A stretch of DNA of 64,000 nt, from the NCBI RefSeq assembly GCF_963506605.1, contig NC_083281.1:39494001-39558000 (forward strand), given 5' to 3'. Origin of the DNA: Zootoca vivipara. Lineage: Eukaryota. Position numbers and translations under genes: made by a program. Shown piece after piece: positions 62,999 to 64,000 of this stretch. The first letter of the stretch is position 1. The number at the start of each line of letters is the position of its first letter. The notes under the pieces were generated by a model. The model saw only the letters and a program-made list of their open reading frames with translations. It was not told the origin of the DNA and did no database searches.

Positions 62999-63439
62999 CA
63001 GGGGTTCCCAATAAAATTTTCTCGAGGACGCCTCATCGAGCCGCTATTGTGACAAGGACCCCCATTAATTCCTAATCCTAAAAGGGGAATGGAGGGAGGG
63101 GAATGGAGAAGACAGGGTACCTGCGCAGTAGCGCACAAATGAAGCCGACGTGCGCAAAGCATCTTGGGGAGGTGAGCGTTAGTAGAATGCGCGCGCTGCC
63201 TCTTTGCAAAACAGTAGTGTTTGTAAAGCGCCACCTAACGGCATACAGCAGAACTACTGCCTCTATCTAATTCTAGTTTTGCGCTAGACTCTGCTCTTGC
63301 AGGAAGCGGCCAAAACAAAAAATCTGTTATCATACGAAATATATTTAATATATTTTTTATTCTAATAGCATATTGCGGACCCCTCTGGCATAGCTCGCGG
63401 ACCCCTGGGGGTCCGCGGACCACCTGTTGGGAACCACTG
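62999..63439. mobile_element. hAT (Charlie-like) non-autonomous element
   Basis: TIRs CAGGGGTTCCCAA / TTGGGAACCACTG; perfect TSD TCTTACAG. Confidence 0.92.
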
Positions 63440-64000
63440 TCTTACAGGAAGTCAAACCTTCCTTTTCAGGAATGCTTGTGGGCCAGGAGTGGCCGTCCTA
63501 ACATTTGAATTGATTTCACTTGGTAAAAGCTGTCTGGTTAAAATTGTGTTTAACATCTTTTTGTTTTTTTAAAAAAATAAAATAAAATAACTGGCTAAAG
63601 AAAGATTGGATGCAAGGACGCCCATTACCAGCAAGAGAACAGCCTGATTTGCCCAGATTATTCAGAGCCCGTGTGTCAATCCAGGGTTCAAGCTGGGATT
63701 TCATCCTAAAGCCACTACACATCACTGCTCAACATTAGCTCCACTCAGGCTCTTTATTACTGCTCCTGCTCTCTGAGGCAGCAGATGTAACAAATGCCAG
63801 GGGGATTCTAGGCAGAAACTGTGCCATGTGCCCTGAGGCAGACCCTAGAGTGCATACAATGTGTGACTAATTCCTCCATGATGTGGTCTGGTTGGCATCT
63901 GCATCTCCTTGCACTGCCACTAGGGTGCACACCTGCCTTAAAATGTAGCTCCAGAGGCACGGCTGTCTCCAGCTGGGAATTTAATAAACAGCTTCACCTT

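Overview
This is repeat-rich, non-coding vertebrate DNA. The SINE content (Sauria SINEs, other squamate tRNA-derived SINEs, and a tRNA-Lys/CR1-tail SINE) points to a squamate reptile, most likely a lacertid lizard. I found no protein-coding gene, functional RNA gene or CRISPR array. The listed ORFs are spurious or are degraded retrotransposon fragments (CR1, L1, RTE). The window contains many hAT MITEs with readable 8-bp TSDs, Tigger-like MITEs with TA TSDs, solo LTRs, LINE 3' ends and microsatellites. Between these are unique AT/TAAT-rich blocks that look like conserved non-coding elements of a large intron or gene desert (inference). Four observations stand out. (1) A ~707-bp imperfect palindrome at 3428-4134, with no TSD, whose arms each carry a 46-nt exon-like cassette. 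(2) Two divergent solo-LTR-like elements that share a reading frame conserved at the protein level. (3) A multi-layer nested insertion at 55523-56900. (4) A near-perfect 210-bp fold-back at 9935-10144. All alignments were done by eye, and TE family names come from recall, not database searches. I cannot claim a new biological system; the palindrome is the best candidate.
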